Source: Okamejei kenojei (taxonomy: Eukaryota). From it: a DNA stretch of 64,000 nt. The stretch lies in the NCBI GenBank assembly GCA_035221665.1, contig CM069132.1:156364001-156428000 (forward strand). The letters are read 5' to 3'. The stretch's first letter is position 1. The number at the start of each line of letters is the position of its first letter. Below, in pieces: positions 26,150 to 39,200 of this stretch. Under the pieces are notes generated by a model. That model had not been told where the DNA came from. It worked only from the letters and a program-made list of their open reading frames with translations, and ran no database searches. A program made the translations under genes and the position numbers.

Positions 26150-27550
26150 CAAGATTAAACGAGAATTTAACAGTTTGAAAGTTTGATCTTTATTTTTTGA
26201 GGAGTTACGATGAGGGACTACGTGAAGAAGAACCCCATCCAGCCGCGCGTGCGTCAATCCTCAAAGCAGCGGCGTGAAATCACAGGTAATAGTCACTGAA
26301 GTATAATAGTAAGATAACAGAAGACTAGAACCACCAGATGACATTTATGAGGGTTGGGAGTGAAGGGCACGAAGTCCCTCATCGTAACTCATCATCGCCT
26401 TGCATATAAAAACATTCCGCCCCAATGCGGCGAGAATGCATCCAACGCTGCTGCACCAGGATCTGGTTCCTATGAGACGTATTTAGGCAACTGATGGTTT
26501 AATCTAGAAGCAAACAAATCAATATCTGGCATTCCATATCGAGCAACAACATCATTAAATATGTCATGATTCAACATCCATTCTATGTTGTCATTGAATT
26601 GGCGTGACCTTGTGTCTGCCACTATGTTGAATCTAAGTAGATTGCTGAATGCCAGATGTTTTTGTCAATGCACCAGCTCCAGAAATATTTAGCCAATCTG
26701 TCACAAGATTATGACGTGACTCCACCCATGTGATTAACATATGCCACTGCTGTAGTGTTGTCAATTTGAACCTGCACATGCAAGTGACTCTTGGCAGGGC
26801 AATAAGCTTTAAGCCCATAAAAGGTTCACAAAAGCTCTAAATAATTGATCCCTTGCAATTGCAGAAGGGATGTCTCATCATTATTCCATCTGCCTCCACA
26901 ACTGGAAGACATATCAGTAGCACCCCAACCTAGAGCACTAACATCAGTCTGTAGGACTATAGAAGGTGGATTCTCTAGCTCTCTCTTGAAAGCATCCAGA
27001 GAACCTGCCTCCACCGCCCTCTGAGGCAGAGAATTCCACAGACTCACCACTCTCTGTGAGAAAAAGTGTTTCCTCATATCCGTTCTAAATGGCTTACTCC
27101 TTATTCTTAAACTGTGGCCCCTGGTTCTGGACTCCCCCAACATCTGGAACATGTTTCCTGCCTCTAGCGTATCCAAACCCTTAACAATCTTTTCCAATGA
27201 GATTACCGCTCACCCTTCTAAACTACAGAGTGTAGAAGCCCAGCTGCTCCATTCTCTCAGCATATGACAGTCCCGCCGTACGCTGCACTCCCTCAATAGC
27301 AAGAATGTCCCTCCTCAAATTAGGGGACCTAAACTGCACACAATACTCCAGGTGTGGTCGCACTAGGCCTCTGTACCTACCGGCAGTCGGAAAGAATCTT
27401 TAGCAAAAGCTCCCACTCCGAGAAAATATAATTCCGGAAGGCAGGGGAAAACAACATTTTAACCCCGCCCCCTCACCAAAGGCACCAAAGTCACACACAC
27501 AGACTGACCGAACTGCAGCGCTGCTGAAGGTAAGTTTTGTAACATACCTA
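26150..27550 (-). mobile_element. DIRS-like retrotransposon remnant interrupted by a CR1 fragment (~26975-27375)
   Basis: RNase H-like TDVSALGWGA...INYLEL; DLFASRLNHQL-like motif near 26490-26530; complementary terminal segments GAGTTACGATGAGGGACT and AGTCCCTCATCGTAACTC. Confidence 0.65.
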
Positions 27551-27954
27551 TTATGAGACATTCACATTTTTAAAAATCCATGTATCAAAAAAAGCAAGAT
27601 GGCCCCATGTTATTTGACAAACTTATTGGTTGAATTTAAATATGTAAATATGTATGCACTACATCGTGACATGTGTTCATGGATATTTTATTCACAATAT
27701 TAGCATTTCTTATATATCAATATATACACGTGTCTACATCTATCTACTATCTATACCTATCTATACTTTACTAAAACTCTCATCTTGTCCTCTTCAAGTT
27801 TACATTGCATTTACATTTGCGCAAAAACGCTACTCGATAGCACTACGATTTTTCATCACATTATTCGCCGTTCCCATGTGCTGCAAGCGCACCAAGTTTT
27901 GTTCCGATCGGTGGAATATTACAAAAGTTATCAAGGTTTAAAAATCATGACAAG

Positions 27955-30900
27955 AGAGGCCCAGGAGCCGGTGGAGCAAGAGGAGGAGTTACCCCAACCT
28001 GTAACGTTCCATACAGGTGTTCTGGCGGAAGCTGCTGATTGGTGGAAGCAGACTGGAGGAAGCAGCTGATTGGGTGCAACCCGTGGTTTGCATTAAAGGT
28101 AGAGTGAGCTAAGGGTACAGTGAGCTAAGGGTACAGTGAGCTAAGGGTACAGTGAGCTAAGGGTTCAGTGAGCTAAGGGTTCAGTGAGCTAAGGGTACAG
28201 TGCTAAGGGTACTAAGGGTACAGTGAGCTAAGGGTACAGTGAGCTAAGGGTACAGATGAGCTAAGGGTTAGTGAGCTAAGGGTACAGTGAGCTAAGGGTA
28301 CAGTGAGCTAAGGGTACAGTGAGCTAAGGGTTCAGTGAGCTAAGGGTACAGTGAGCTAAGGGTTCAGTGAGCTAAGGGTGAGTGAGCTAAGGGTTCAGTG
28401 AGCTAAGGGCAGTGAGCTAAGGGTACAGTGAGCTAAGGGTACAGTGAGCTATTCAGTGAGCTAGTGAGCTAAGGGTAGTAGAGTGAGCTAAGGGTACAGT
28501 GAGCTAAGGGTACAGTGAGCTAAGGGTACAGTGAGGGTACAGTGAGCTAAGGTTCAGTGAGCTAAGGTACAGGAGCTAAGGTTGAGCTAAGGTTCAGTGA
28601 GTTCATTGAGTTAAGGGTGAGCTAAGGGTTCAGTGAGCTAGGGTTCTGTGAGCTAAGGGTACAGTGAGCTAATGGTACAGAGACAAAATTGTAGCATATG
28701 AGGTGGTTGATAATGGGGAACAAGATATGGCGGACCAATTCAGTAAGGAAGTGCCGGATAAGGAAATCCAGGTCGGTTGGCCAGATGAGTAGTAGGAAAT
28801 AGTATGCATTAGTGGAAATCTTTCAAAACTCTTTGAGATTCTGAGTAGTTCCTGAGGAGCTGGGAAACTGCTAGAGTCAGGATGGATAGCAGAACAGTGG
28901 TGAAAAGAGTCAGCTAAGGGTGTCATCTTGTGGAAAGGATGCTAGTAGCGTGGATAAGTGGATGTGGTATATCTGGACTTCCAGAAGGCAGTTTCGCAAG
29001 GTCCCACATAAGAGATTAGTATACAAACTTAAAGCATACAGGGGTTCAGTATTGAGTGAATAGAGAAGCTAAAGAGTTAAAGTGGCAGGCAGTGCTAGTG
29101 GGTAAGGGCTCAGTGCTGGGACCCAGCTATTTACAATATATATTAATGATCTGGATGAGGGAATTGAAGGCAATATCTCCAATTTTGCGGAGACACTAAG
29201 CTGGGGGCAGGTTAGCAGACTGCAAGACTAGGGTGAGTGGGGTTTGGCAGATGCTGGATAAATGGCTTTGGTGGGTGGCCGATTAGGAAAAGGGAGATGA
29301 CCTGGGTGTCATGGTACACCAGGAAAGTGCATGCAGGTTGAACGAATGGTATGGCTTTCATAGCTACAGGAGCAGGGAGTATCAGTGAGGGCTAAGGCGT
29401 ACAGGGTGATTGCCTAAGGTCACCAGACTGATTCCTGGGATGTGACTGTCAGACTGGGACTCGGTTTCTCTGGAATTTAGGAGATTGATCTATAGAAACT
29501 TACAAAATTCTTAAGGGTTGGAGCTGCAGGAAGAAGATCAGGTCACAAGCGGAAATCCTTTAAAAGAACAGAGAGTGTGAGTGCCGACAGAAGGTAGTTA
29601 AGTGAGTTGGATGTGTTTGGCAAAGGTGAGACTACTAAGGGTTTTAAGTTCAGTGAGCTAAGGGGTACAGTGTAAGGGTACAGTGAGCTAAGGGTTTAGT
29701 GAGCTAAGGGTTCAGTGAGCTAAGGGTTCAGTGAGCTAAGGGTTTAGTGAGCTAAGGGTTTAGTGAGCTAAGGGTTCAGTGAGCTAAGAGTTCAGTGAGC
29801 TAAGGGTTCAGTGAGCTAAGAGTTCAGTGAGCTAAGGGTTCAGTGAGCTAAGAGTTCAGTGAGTTATGGGTTCAGTGAGGTAAGGGTACAGTGAGTTAAG
29901 GGTTCAGTGAGCTAAGGGTTCAGTGAGTTAAGGGTTCAGAGATTTATGGGTTCAGTGAGCTAAGGGTACAGTGAGCTAAGGGTTCAGTGAGCTAAGGGTT
30001 CAGTGAGCTATGGGTACAGTGAGCTAAGGGTACAGTGAGCTAAGGGTTCAGTGAGCTAAGGGTACAGTGAGCTAAGGGTTCAGTGAGCTAAGGGTTCAGT
30101 GAGCTAAGGGTTCAGTGAGCTAAGGGTTCAGTGAGCTAAGAGTTCCGTGAGCTAAGAGTTCAGTGAGCTAAGGGTTCAGTGAGTTATGGGTTCAGTGAGC
30201 TAAGGGTTCAGTGAGCTAAGGGTTCAGTGAGCTAAGGGTTCAGTGAGCTAAGGGTTCAGTGTGTTATGGGTTCAGTGAGCTAAGGGTTCCGTGAGCTAAG
30301 CGTTCAGTGAGCTAAGGGTTCAGTGAGCTAAGAGTTCCGTGAGCTAAGGGTTCAGTGAGCTAAGGGTTCAGTGAGTTATGGGTTCAGTGAGCTAAGGGTA
30401 CAGTGAGCTAAGGGTTCAGTAAGCTAAGGGTTCTGTGCTTTTTAGTAAAGGTTAGTTTAAAGGATTAAGATTTTTATAGTGTGAGTGAGTTGATTTAATT
30501 TGGGGGCAAGCCATGTAATTTGAGATCAACCCCATGGTTTGCTCATCCTGCAACAAGTGGGAGATCAGGGATATGGTCGATGCCCCTGGTGACTACGTTT
30601 GCAGGAAGTGTGTCCAGCTGCAGCTCCTGGCAGAGCGCATTGAACGATTGGGGCTGCGGTTGGATTCATACTGGAGCATCCACGATGCTGAGAAACTCGT
30701 GAATAGCACATACAGTGAGTTGGACACACCACAGGTAAAAGTTAAGCGGACAGAAAGGGACCGGGTGGCTGTTAGCCAGAGTAGCAGTAGGCAGGTAGTG
30801 CAGCAGTCCCCTGCGGTCATCTCCCTTCTAAACAGATATACCATTTTGGATACTGTTGAGGGAGATGGCTGATCAGGGGAAGGCAGCAGCAGCCAGGTTC

Positions 30901-31020
30901 ATGGCACTATGGGTGGCTCTGTGGCACAGGAGGGGAGGAAGAAGAGTGGAAGGGCAATAGTAACAGGGGATTCAATTGTAAGGGGAATAGATAGGCATTA
31001 CTGTGGCCGCAAACGAGACT
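27955..31020 (+). mobile_element. CR1 LINE 5' end: 5' UTR with expanded minisatellite plus partial ORF1
   Basis: ORF1 zinc finger CSSC...CRKC (30534-30872) and esterase GDSIVRGIDR (30909+). Confidence 0.8.
28100..30435 (+). repeat. 16-bp minisatellite (CAGTGAGCTAAGGGTW)n
   Basis: Arrays at ~28100-28680 and ~29650-30435. Confidence 0.95.
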
Positions 31021-31505
31021 ACATGAATCCAACCACAGCTCCAATCATTCAATGCGGTTTGCCAGGAGCTGCAGCTGGATACACTTCCTGTAAACATAGT
31101 CACCAGGGACACCGACAATATCCCTGATCTCCCACATGTTGCAGGATGAGCAAACCATGGGGCCGATCTCAACTGACATGGCTTGCCCCCAAATTAATTA
31201 AAACTCATACTATAAAAATCTTAATCCTTTAAACTGTACCTTTACTAAAAAGCACTGAACCCTCAACTCACTGTACCCTTAGCTCACTGAACCCTCAACT
31301 CACTGTTCCCTTAACTCACTGAACCCTTAACTAAAAAGTACGAACAGAAAGCAGAAATAAAAACCTGGGGTTATTCCAATCAGCTGCTTCCTCTAGTCCG
31401 CTTCCACCAATCAGCAGCTTCCTCCAGACCACTTCTTTTGAAGTGTAATGGAACGTTGCAGTGTGGGCAACGCTGCACCAGCTGCTACAACCGCTCCTGG
31501 GCCTG
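31021..31505 (-). mobile_element. Second CR1 5' end in inverted orientation
   Basis: Reverse complement of 27955-28100 and 30430-30670, with only a few 16-bp units. Confidence 0.8.
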
Positions 31506-31584
31506 TGTGAGAACAAACCGCACTACTGCCCGGACACTGCACCCACCGCTACAACCGCTCCTGGGCCTCCAACCGCTACTGAAC

Positions 31585-32720
31585 CATGACAGAGACCGAG
31601 CAGCGTTATGCCCTGATCGAAAAGGAGCTGCTAGCTGTCGTTTTTGCATGTTCCAAGTTCAGAGACTTTATCTTCGGGAATACTTTTACGATTGAAACCG
31701 ACCACCACCCACTGAGCACCATCCTGAAGAAGCTTATTCACGCAGCACCTGCACGATTGCAGCGCATGATGATGCAGCTCCAGCGCTTTGATTTCCAGAT
31801 TGTCTACAAACAGGGCACAGATATGCTGATCGCCGACTCTCTCTCTCCAACGCCACGGGCGTCCTGTGAACAACACCCCTTTGAGTGTGACAAGCTCGCT
31901 GTGTTTAAAGTCAACTTCGTCCCAACGGAACATCTGCTTTGCCTCGCGGAGCACACAGCTGCTGACAGAACGCTGCAGCTGCTCTCCTCCATTATCAAGA
32001 GGGATTGGCCCACAAAACAATCCAATACACCACTAGATATACAGCCACTCTTCTTAGTCCGCGATGAACTGGTGATAAAAGACGGGATCATCGTCAAGGG
32101 CAACTGGTGATACAAGACGGGATCATCGTCAAGGGCCACAAAGGTGTGATTCCCTCATCCATGCATGATGAATACTACAAAAACGTCCACAGCGGACACC
32201 CAGGTACTGATGCCACGCTCACCCGTGCCCAAAGCATGTTTTATTGGCCAGGAATGGTCAAATACATATGTGAAAAAACAGCATCCTGCTCCACTTGCAA
32301 CAGCTTGGCGCCCTACCAACAGAAACAGCCTCTCCTGCAACAACCCGCTCCAGCAATACCCTGGACCTCCCTCGCTGCAGACATTTTTTGAGTGGCATGG
32401 CAAACACTACCTAGTTCTAGTCGATTTCTATTCCAATTAGTTTGAACTTGATCTGCTACCTACCATTACATCTGAGATGGTGATACAGAAGCTTCAGAGA
32501 CATTTTTCTGTGTTCAGTGTACCGGTTCGATTGCAAACTGACAACGGAAGACAATTCACCAGCCAAGCATTTAAAAACTTTGCAAGACAATGGAACTTTC
32601 AGCATGTCACCAGCAGCCCAAATACCCTCAATCCAACGGCCTCGCGGAGCGTGCTGTATGGAGTGCTAAGCAGCTAATGGAACAGTCACATCTTGCCAAA
32701 TCTAATGTCTACCTAGATCT
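31585..32720 (+). mobile_element. Gypsy LTR retrotransposon pol fragment (RNase H to integrase)
   Basis: YALIEKELLAVVF...ETDHHPL; HSGHPG...CSTC (HHCC motif); TDNGRQF; frameshifted. Confidence 0.85.
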
Positions 32721-34064
32721 TAATTTTTAAGAAAGTTATGGGCTTTTGACTGTCCTCAATCACAGCTTTTGTGTTAAGTCAATGGAAAAGCAATAGGGAA
32801 CAAGATGCTAATTTCCGAGTATGAAAATGGCCATAAAGTTTTTTAATACTGAAGATATGAAAGTGAATTAGGTGTCAAATTAAACTTCTTTTTATGATTT
32901 ATCTGATGGGATAAATTGTAGACTTGATTTTTTAAATCACGAAATTTTGTAACATTGCTATGAGATGACAACTGATTCATGTTGTCCCGGTGTGTCCCGT
33001 TTTTCACGCCAACTGGACGCAATACTCCAGGTGTGGTCTCACCAAGGCCCTGTACAACTGCAGTAGAACCTCCCGGCTCCTATACTCAAGTCTTTAGTCG
33101 CGGTTACCCTCATAGTGGCATTTTTCCACCTGCCATCACCCTTCACCCCCCACCCATTCAGTAATTCAGAAAGAAGGAGATTTGGAAGCCTTGGGCAAAT
33201 TGAATTAATACTTTATTTATTTTTATTTTTATTTTTACGGAGAGGAGAACAATCTGCGCATGTGCAGTTTAAGTTTTTTTTTAAAGCCGACTGACTGTCA
33301 TATTACACACGACTCGTGCCTGAATATGACTCATTTATAATTATATATTTATATTTCTATGAAAATTGTTCCTAATTGGGCCCCGCACCTCCTAAGGCTG
33401 GCCCTGTGGAGGCCAATTCACTGGATGTTTCTATGAGAGAGCTAGATATACCGCTTGGGGCTAACGGAATCAAAGGATATGGGGAGAAAGCAGGAATGGG
33501 GTAATGATTTTGGATGATCATATTGAACGGCGGTGCATGCTCGATAGGCCGAACGGCCTCCTCCTGCACCTATTTTCTATGTTTATATATTTTACTATTG
33601 TGTTCTAAGCAACCTGCGAACCCTGATGTACCTGCTTTCTGCACTGTGGTATCAATTAACCAGTTCCTTTCTATATAACCTGCTTGCATCTGTGACTATG
33701 CTAAAGAAAATCTTGCCTTCTACATTTAGGAGACAAATAGCCTAAACTGATTTAACTCTGGAGACTCTTTCTTCTAGGGAATGAACATCCCCTCTGCTCT
33801 ACGCCAAACCCTTGGTATGTCCGGAATCTACCAAACTATTCGCTGGAGCCTCCGTGAGAATCTAAGCACATCAGGTGCACTTTCATGTACCCGGTAAGGG
33901 ACTCCATTCGGTCCTGGTGCTGAAGAAGCCTTTTCATGCCATATTACTGCCTCCACTTCCTTCCACTTTGGTGGCAAAACATTTAACTATGTCTCCTAAG
34001 GTGGTAACTCTAGAGGGAAACACGGGGGAATATTGGGGCCCATGACGACATGCCCACTCAGCAT

Positions 34065-34490
34065 TCAAAACTCCCTCTTAAATATAGCCAATGAACTGAC
34101 CTCAACTACCTTCTGTGGCAGTGAATTCCACAGATTCACCACTATCTGTGTGAAAAATGTTTGTCTCATCTCGGTCCTAAAAGACTTCCCCCTTATCCTT
34201 AAACTGTAACCCCTTGTTCTGGACTTCCCCAACATCGGGAACAATCTTTCTGCATCTAGCCTGTCCAACCCCTTAAGAATTTTGTAAGTTTCTATAAGAT
34301 CCCCCCTCAATCTTCTAAATTCTTGCGAGTACAAGCCGAGTCTATCCAGTCTTTGCCTCATATGAAAGTCCTGCCATCCCAGGAATCAGTCTGGTGAACC
34401 TTCCTCAGATTAGGAGACCAAAACTGGACGCAATACTCCAGGTGTGGTCTCACCAAGGACAACTGCAGTAGAACCTCCCTGCTCCTATAC
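34065..34490 (-). mobile_element. CR1 LINE fragment
   Basis: ORF 34065-34361 RRLRGDLIETYKILKG. Confidence 0.85.
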
Positions 34491-35280
34491 TCTAGACTTT
34501 AGTCGCGGTTCCCTGATAGTGCACTGAATGGAATCAGCCGAGAGTAGTCCAGGATACCCAACTAGTGGGATGAGTGGCTTTATGGCTCCCTGTGGCTATT
34601 CTTATTTTGGGGGCCGATACTACCTCACTCACCCACCGTCAAAGGCCCAACCAATATTTAAGTGAAAGCATACCCAAGATGGGTAACAGGCAAATCAATC
34701 TGAACTAATTTATTATCCGTTGGAGTAATGTGATCCCAGCTAATTCCAGATGCTGGTGATTAATTCTTAACGTCTACCATTGTCTCTTCTTGCCCGTTCT
34801 AGACTCCATACCCAGAATCATACCCACGTACTTTGCTGATCTCTCTGCCGGTGCGGCTGTATCACGTGCACTCTCGTTGCTTTGGAACATTTTTTGGAAT
34901 ATTCCACAGTAATATAAGAAGGTATTGTGATATTGCTTTGAGCTTGGTGGTGCAAACAGTTCGTCACGACGACCTATTTGTAGAAGATATCTACTGTATA
35001 AGGGGAGGTTGCGACAAGCGCCTATGTGGTCGTTCTTCTCCTGGAACTTTGGCATAAAATGCATTCAAGTATATTTGACCTTAACATCATCGGATACCCG
35101 AGCGCGCATTGGTCGCGTAATCGAAGTCACTCCTGTACTACTAGCTAGTGACGATCTGAGAGAAAATATATTTCGGGAAATGGTGGAACACGAAGAAATA
35201 CGAGAGCGCATTTAGCGTAAGGTGCTGGTTCCTTCGAGAAACGAACATAGCAAACCAGGTTAGGCTTTTGTAGTTCCGCT

Positions 35281-35286
35281 TTTATT
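35281..35286 (-). terminator. Candidate poly(A) signal of the membrane-form IgH transcript
   Basis: AATAAA on the minus strand ~850 nt past the TM2 stop; an alternative lies near 35530. Confidence 0.35.
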
Positions 35287-36137
35287 TGTGATTTAACAGA
35301 AACATATTACAGAGACATTTTTAACAGCATAACAAAAAGTGGTCAAAACAACTGAATTCCACACTGAGACCAGATACATTGAACATGTAGCTTGAGAGTC
35401 AAAGGTTAGCTCTGAATTAAGGAAAGGACAAATGAGCAGGAAAGGAGTAAATAGATATTTGCTCATACGCGGAATGTGTGCATGCGTTGGATTGTTGGGT
35501 ATGTATTTACACATGCATTTACTTTACATTTTATTTACAGGCCTTCGGTTAGGCCGCACTTGGAGTATAGTGTGGAGGTCAGGTCGTCCCTTCGAAGGAA
35601 TAATGTGGAGGTTTTGGAGCAGATGCAGAAGAGGTTTACTAGAATGCTGCAGGGATTAGAATTATTAGCTATAAGAAGAGGTTGGCAAACATGGATTGTT
35701 TTCTTTGGCGAGTCGGAGGTTGAAGGGAGACCCAATAGAAGTTGTTAGAATAATGACAGGCATAGCTAGTGTGTCTGAATTTAACATTAAGTTTACGATC
35801 TCACACAAACAGCGTTCCCGACTTTCTATACAACGGCATTCAACACCGGAAGGACACAGATATGGCCCATGCTAAAGAAAAAGAGAATGTATAGAAAAAA
35901 AAGAAACGTCTACCGTTTGAGAAAATTGATTTACTTTCACATGATATTCAATTTACGATTAAAATAGTTTGATACATTTATGCTATACTAAAGGCAGCTA
36001 GACAATATCAAACAAGTCGGATGGACAGAATGAACGGTTGCTAATGATATTGTCCACTTCATATTTGAACATTTCCCTTGGTTACAACGACATCCGTAGA
36101 CCGGTCAGAAAAATAGGCGGTTTTCAACATTCAATCC

Positions 36138-36146
36138 TCACTTGAC
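36138..36146 (-). CDS. IGHM: IgH TM2 exon coding part (V-K-stop)
   Basis: ttctctccctctctttacag|GTC AAG TGA, the canonical end of the KVK-type cytoplasmic tail. Confidence 0.85.
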   Translation of the reverse strand, partial: VK

Positions 36147-36299
36147 CTGTAAAGAGAGGGAGAGAATATGAAAGTGTATGAGCAGTCGGTGACTAAGATG
36201 CCACAACATCCAAACAGTATGATCATCAATATTTTGCCGTACTCTTCAATCAGGTGGAATAGTAAGTGGAATGAACATAGATATGTGAATCCGTTTTGC

Positions 36300-39200
36300 T
36301 ACCAGGATTGGCGGGTAGCAAACGTAACCCATATTTTTAAGAAGGGAGGGAGAGAGAAAACGAGGAATTACAGACCAGTTAGTCTAACATCGGTAGTGGG
36401 GAAACTGCTAGTCAGTTATTAAAGATGGGATAGCAGCGCATTTGGAAAGTGGTGAAATCATTGGACAAAGTCAGCATGGATTTATGAAAAGTAAATCATG
36501 TCTGACGAATCTTATGGATTTTTTTGAGGATGAAACTAGTAGCGTGGATAGGGGAGAACCAGTGGATGTGGTGTATCTGGACTTCCAGAAGGCTTTCAAA
36601 AATGTCCCATATAAGAGATTAGTATACAAACTTAAAGCATATGGCATTGGGGGTTCAGTATTGATGTGGATAGAGACCTGGCTGGCAGACAGGAAGCAAA
36701 GAGTAGGAGTAAACGGGTCCTTTTCACAATGGCAGGCAGTGACTAGTGGGGTACCGTAAGGCTCAATGCTGGGACCCCAGCTATTTACAATATATATTAA
36801 TGATCTGGATGAGGGAATTGAAGGCAATATCTCCAAGGTTGCAGATGACTCTAAGCTGGGGGGCAGTGTTAGCTGCGAGGAGGATGCTAGGAGACTGCAA
36901 GGTGACTTGGATAGGCTGGGTGAGTGGGCAAATGTTTGGCAGATACAGGTACGGGATACTGAGTTGGATGATCAGCCATGATCATATTGAATGGCGTTGC
37001 AGGCTCGAAGGGCCGAAGGGCCTACTCCTGCACCTAATTTCTATGTGAAGAGAAAAAGATTAGTTAAAACAAATGTAGATCCCTTGCAGTCAGAAACAGG
37101 TGAATTGATCATAGAAACATAGAAACATAGAAATTAGGTGCAGGAGTAGGCCATTCAGCCCTTCGAGCCTGCACCGCCATTCAATATGATCATGGCTGAT
37201 CATCCAACTCAGTATCCCGTACCTGCCTTCTCTCCATACCCTCTGATCCCCTTAGCCACAAGGGCCACATCCAACTCACTCTTAAATATAGCCAATGAAC
37301 TGGCCTCAACTACCCTCTGTGGCAGAGAGTTCCAGAGACTCACCACTCTCTGTGTGAAGAAAGTCTTTCTCATCTCGGTCTTAAAGGATTTCCCCCTTAT
37401 CCTTAAGCTGTGACCCCTTGTCCTAATCTCCTAAATTCCAGAGAGTATAAACCGAGTCTATCCAGTCTTTCTTCATAAGACAGTCCTGACATCCCAGGAA
37501 TCAGTCTGGTGAACCTTCTCTGCACTCCCTCTATGGCAATAACGTCCTTCCTCAGATTTGGAGACCAAAACTGCACGCAATACTCCAGGTGTGGTCTCAC
37601 CAAGACCCTGTACAACTGAAGTAGAACCTCCCTGCTCCTGTACTCAAATCCTTTTGCTATGAAAGCTAACATACCATTCGCTTTTTTTCACTGCCTGCTG
37701 CACCTGCATGCCTACTTTCAATGACTGGTGTACATGACACCCAGGTCTCGCTGCATCTCCCCTTTTCCCAATCGGCCACCATTTAAATAATAGTCCGCTT
37801 TCCTGTTTTTGCCACCAAAGTGGATAACCTCACATTTATCCACATTATACTGCATCTGCCAAACATTTGCCCACTCACCCAGCCTATCCAAGTCACCCTG
37901 CAGTCTCCTAGCATCCTCCTCACAGCGAACACTGCCCCCCAGCTTAGTGTCATCCGCAAACTTGGAGATATTGCCTTCAATTCCCTCATCCAGACATTAA
38001 TATATATTGTAAATAGCTGGGGTCCCAGCACTGACTGCGGTACCCCACTAGTTACTGCCTGCCATTGTGAAAAGGACCCGTTTACTCCTACTCTTTGCTT
38101 CCTGTTTGCCAGCCAGTTCTCTATCCACATCAATACTGAACCCCTAATACCGTATGCTTTAAGTTTGTATACTAATCTCTTATGTGGGACCTTGTCGAAA
38201 GCCTTCTGGAAGTCCAGATACACCACATCCACTGGTTCTCCCTTATCCACGCTACTAGTTACATCCTCGAAAAATTCCACAAGATTCGTCAGACATGATT
38301 ACCTTTTGTAAATCCATGCTGACTTTGTCCAATGATTTCACCACTTTCCAAATGTGCTGCTATCCCATCTTTAATAAACTGACTCTAGCAGTTTCCCCAC
38401 TACCGATGTTAGACTAACTGGTCTGTAATTCCCCGTTTTCTCTCTCCCTCCCTTCTTAAAAAGAGGGGTTACATTTGCTACCCGCCAATCCTCAGGAACT
38501 ACTCCAGAATCTAAAGAGTTTTGAAAGATTATCACTAATGCATCCACTATTTCCTGAGCTACTTCCTTAAGTACTCTGGGATGCAGCCTATCTGGCCCTG
38601 GGGATTTATCGGCCTTTAATCTATTCAATTTACCCAACACCACTTCCCGACTGACCTGGATTTCACTCAATTCCTCCTTTGACCCACAGTCCCCTGCTAT
38701 TTCAGGCAGATTATATATGTCTTCCTTAGTGAGGACGGAACCAAAGTAGTTATTGAATTGGTCCGCCATATCCTTGTTCCCCATGATCAACTCACCTGTT
38801 TCTGACTGCAAGGGACCTACATTTGTTTTAACTAACCTCTTTCTCTTCACATATCTATAAAAACTTTTGCAGTCAGTTTTTATGTTCCCTGCCAGTTTTC
38901 TTTCATAATCTATTTTTCCTTTCCTAATTAAGCCCTTTCCTCTGCTGGTCTCTGAATTTTTCCCAGTCCTCTGGTATGCTGCTTTTTCTGGCTACTTTGT
39001 ACGCATCATCCTTTGCTTTGATACTATCCCTGATTTCCCTTGTTATCCACGGATGCACTACCTTCCCCGATTTATTCTTTTGCCAAACTGGGATGAACAA
39101 TTTTTGTAGTTCATCCATGCAGTCTTTAAATGTCTTCCATTGTATATCATGGGGAACAAACACATGGCAGACCAATTGAATAACTACTTTGGTTCAGTCT

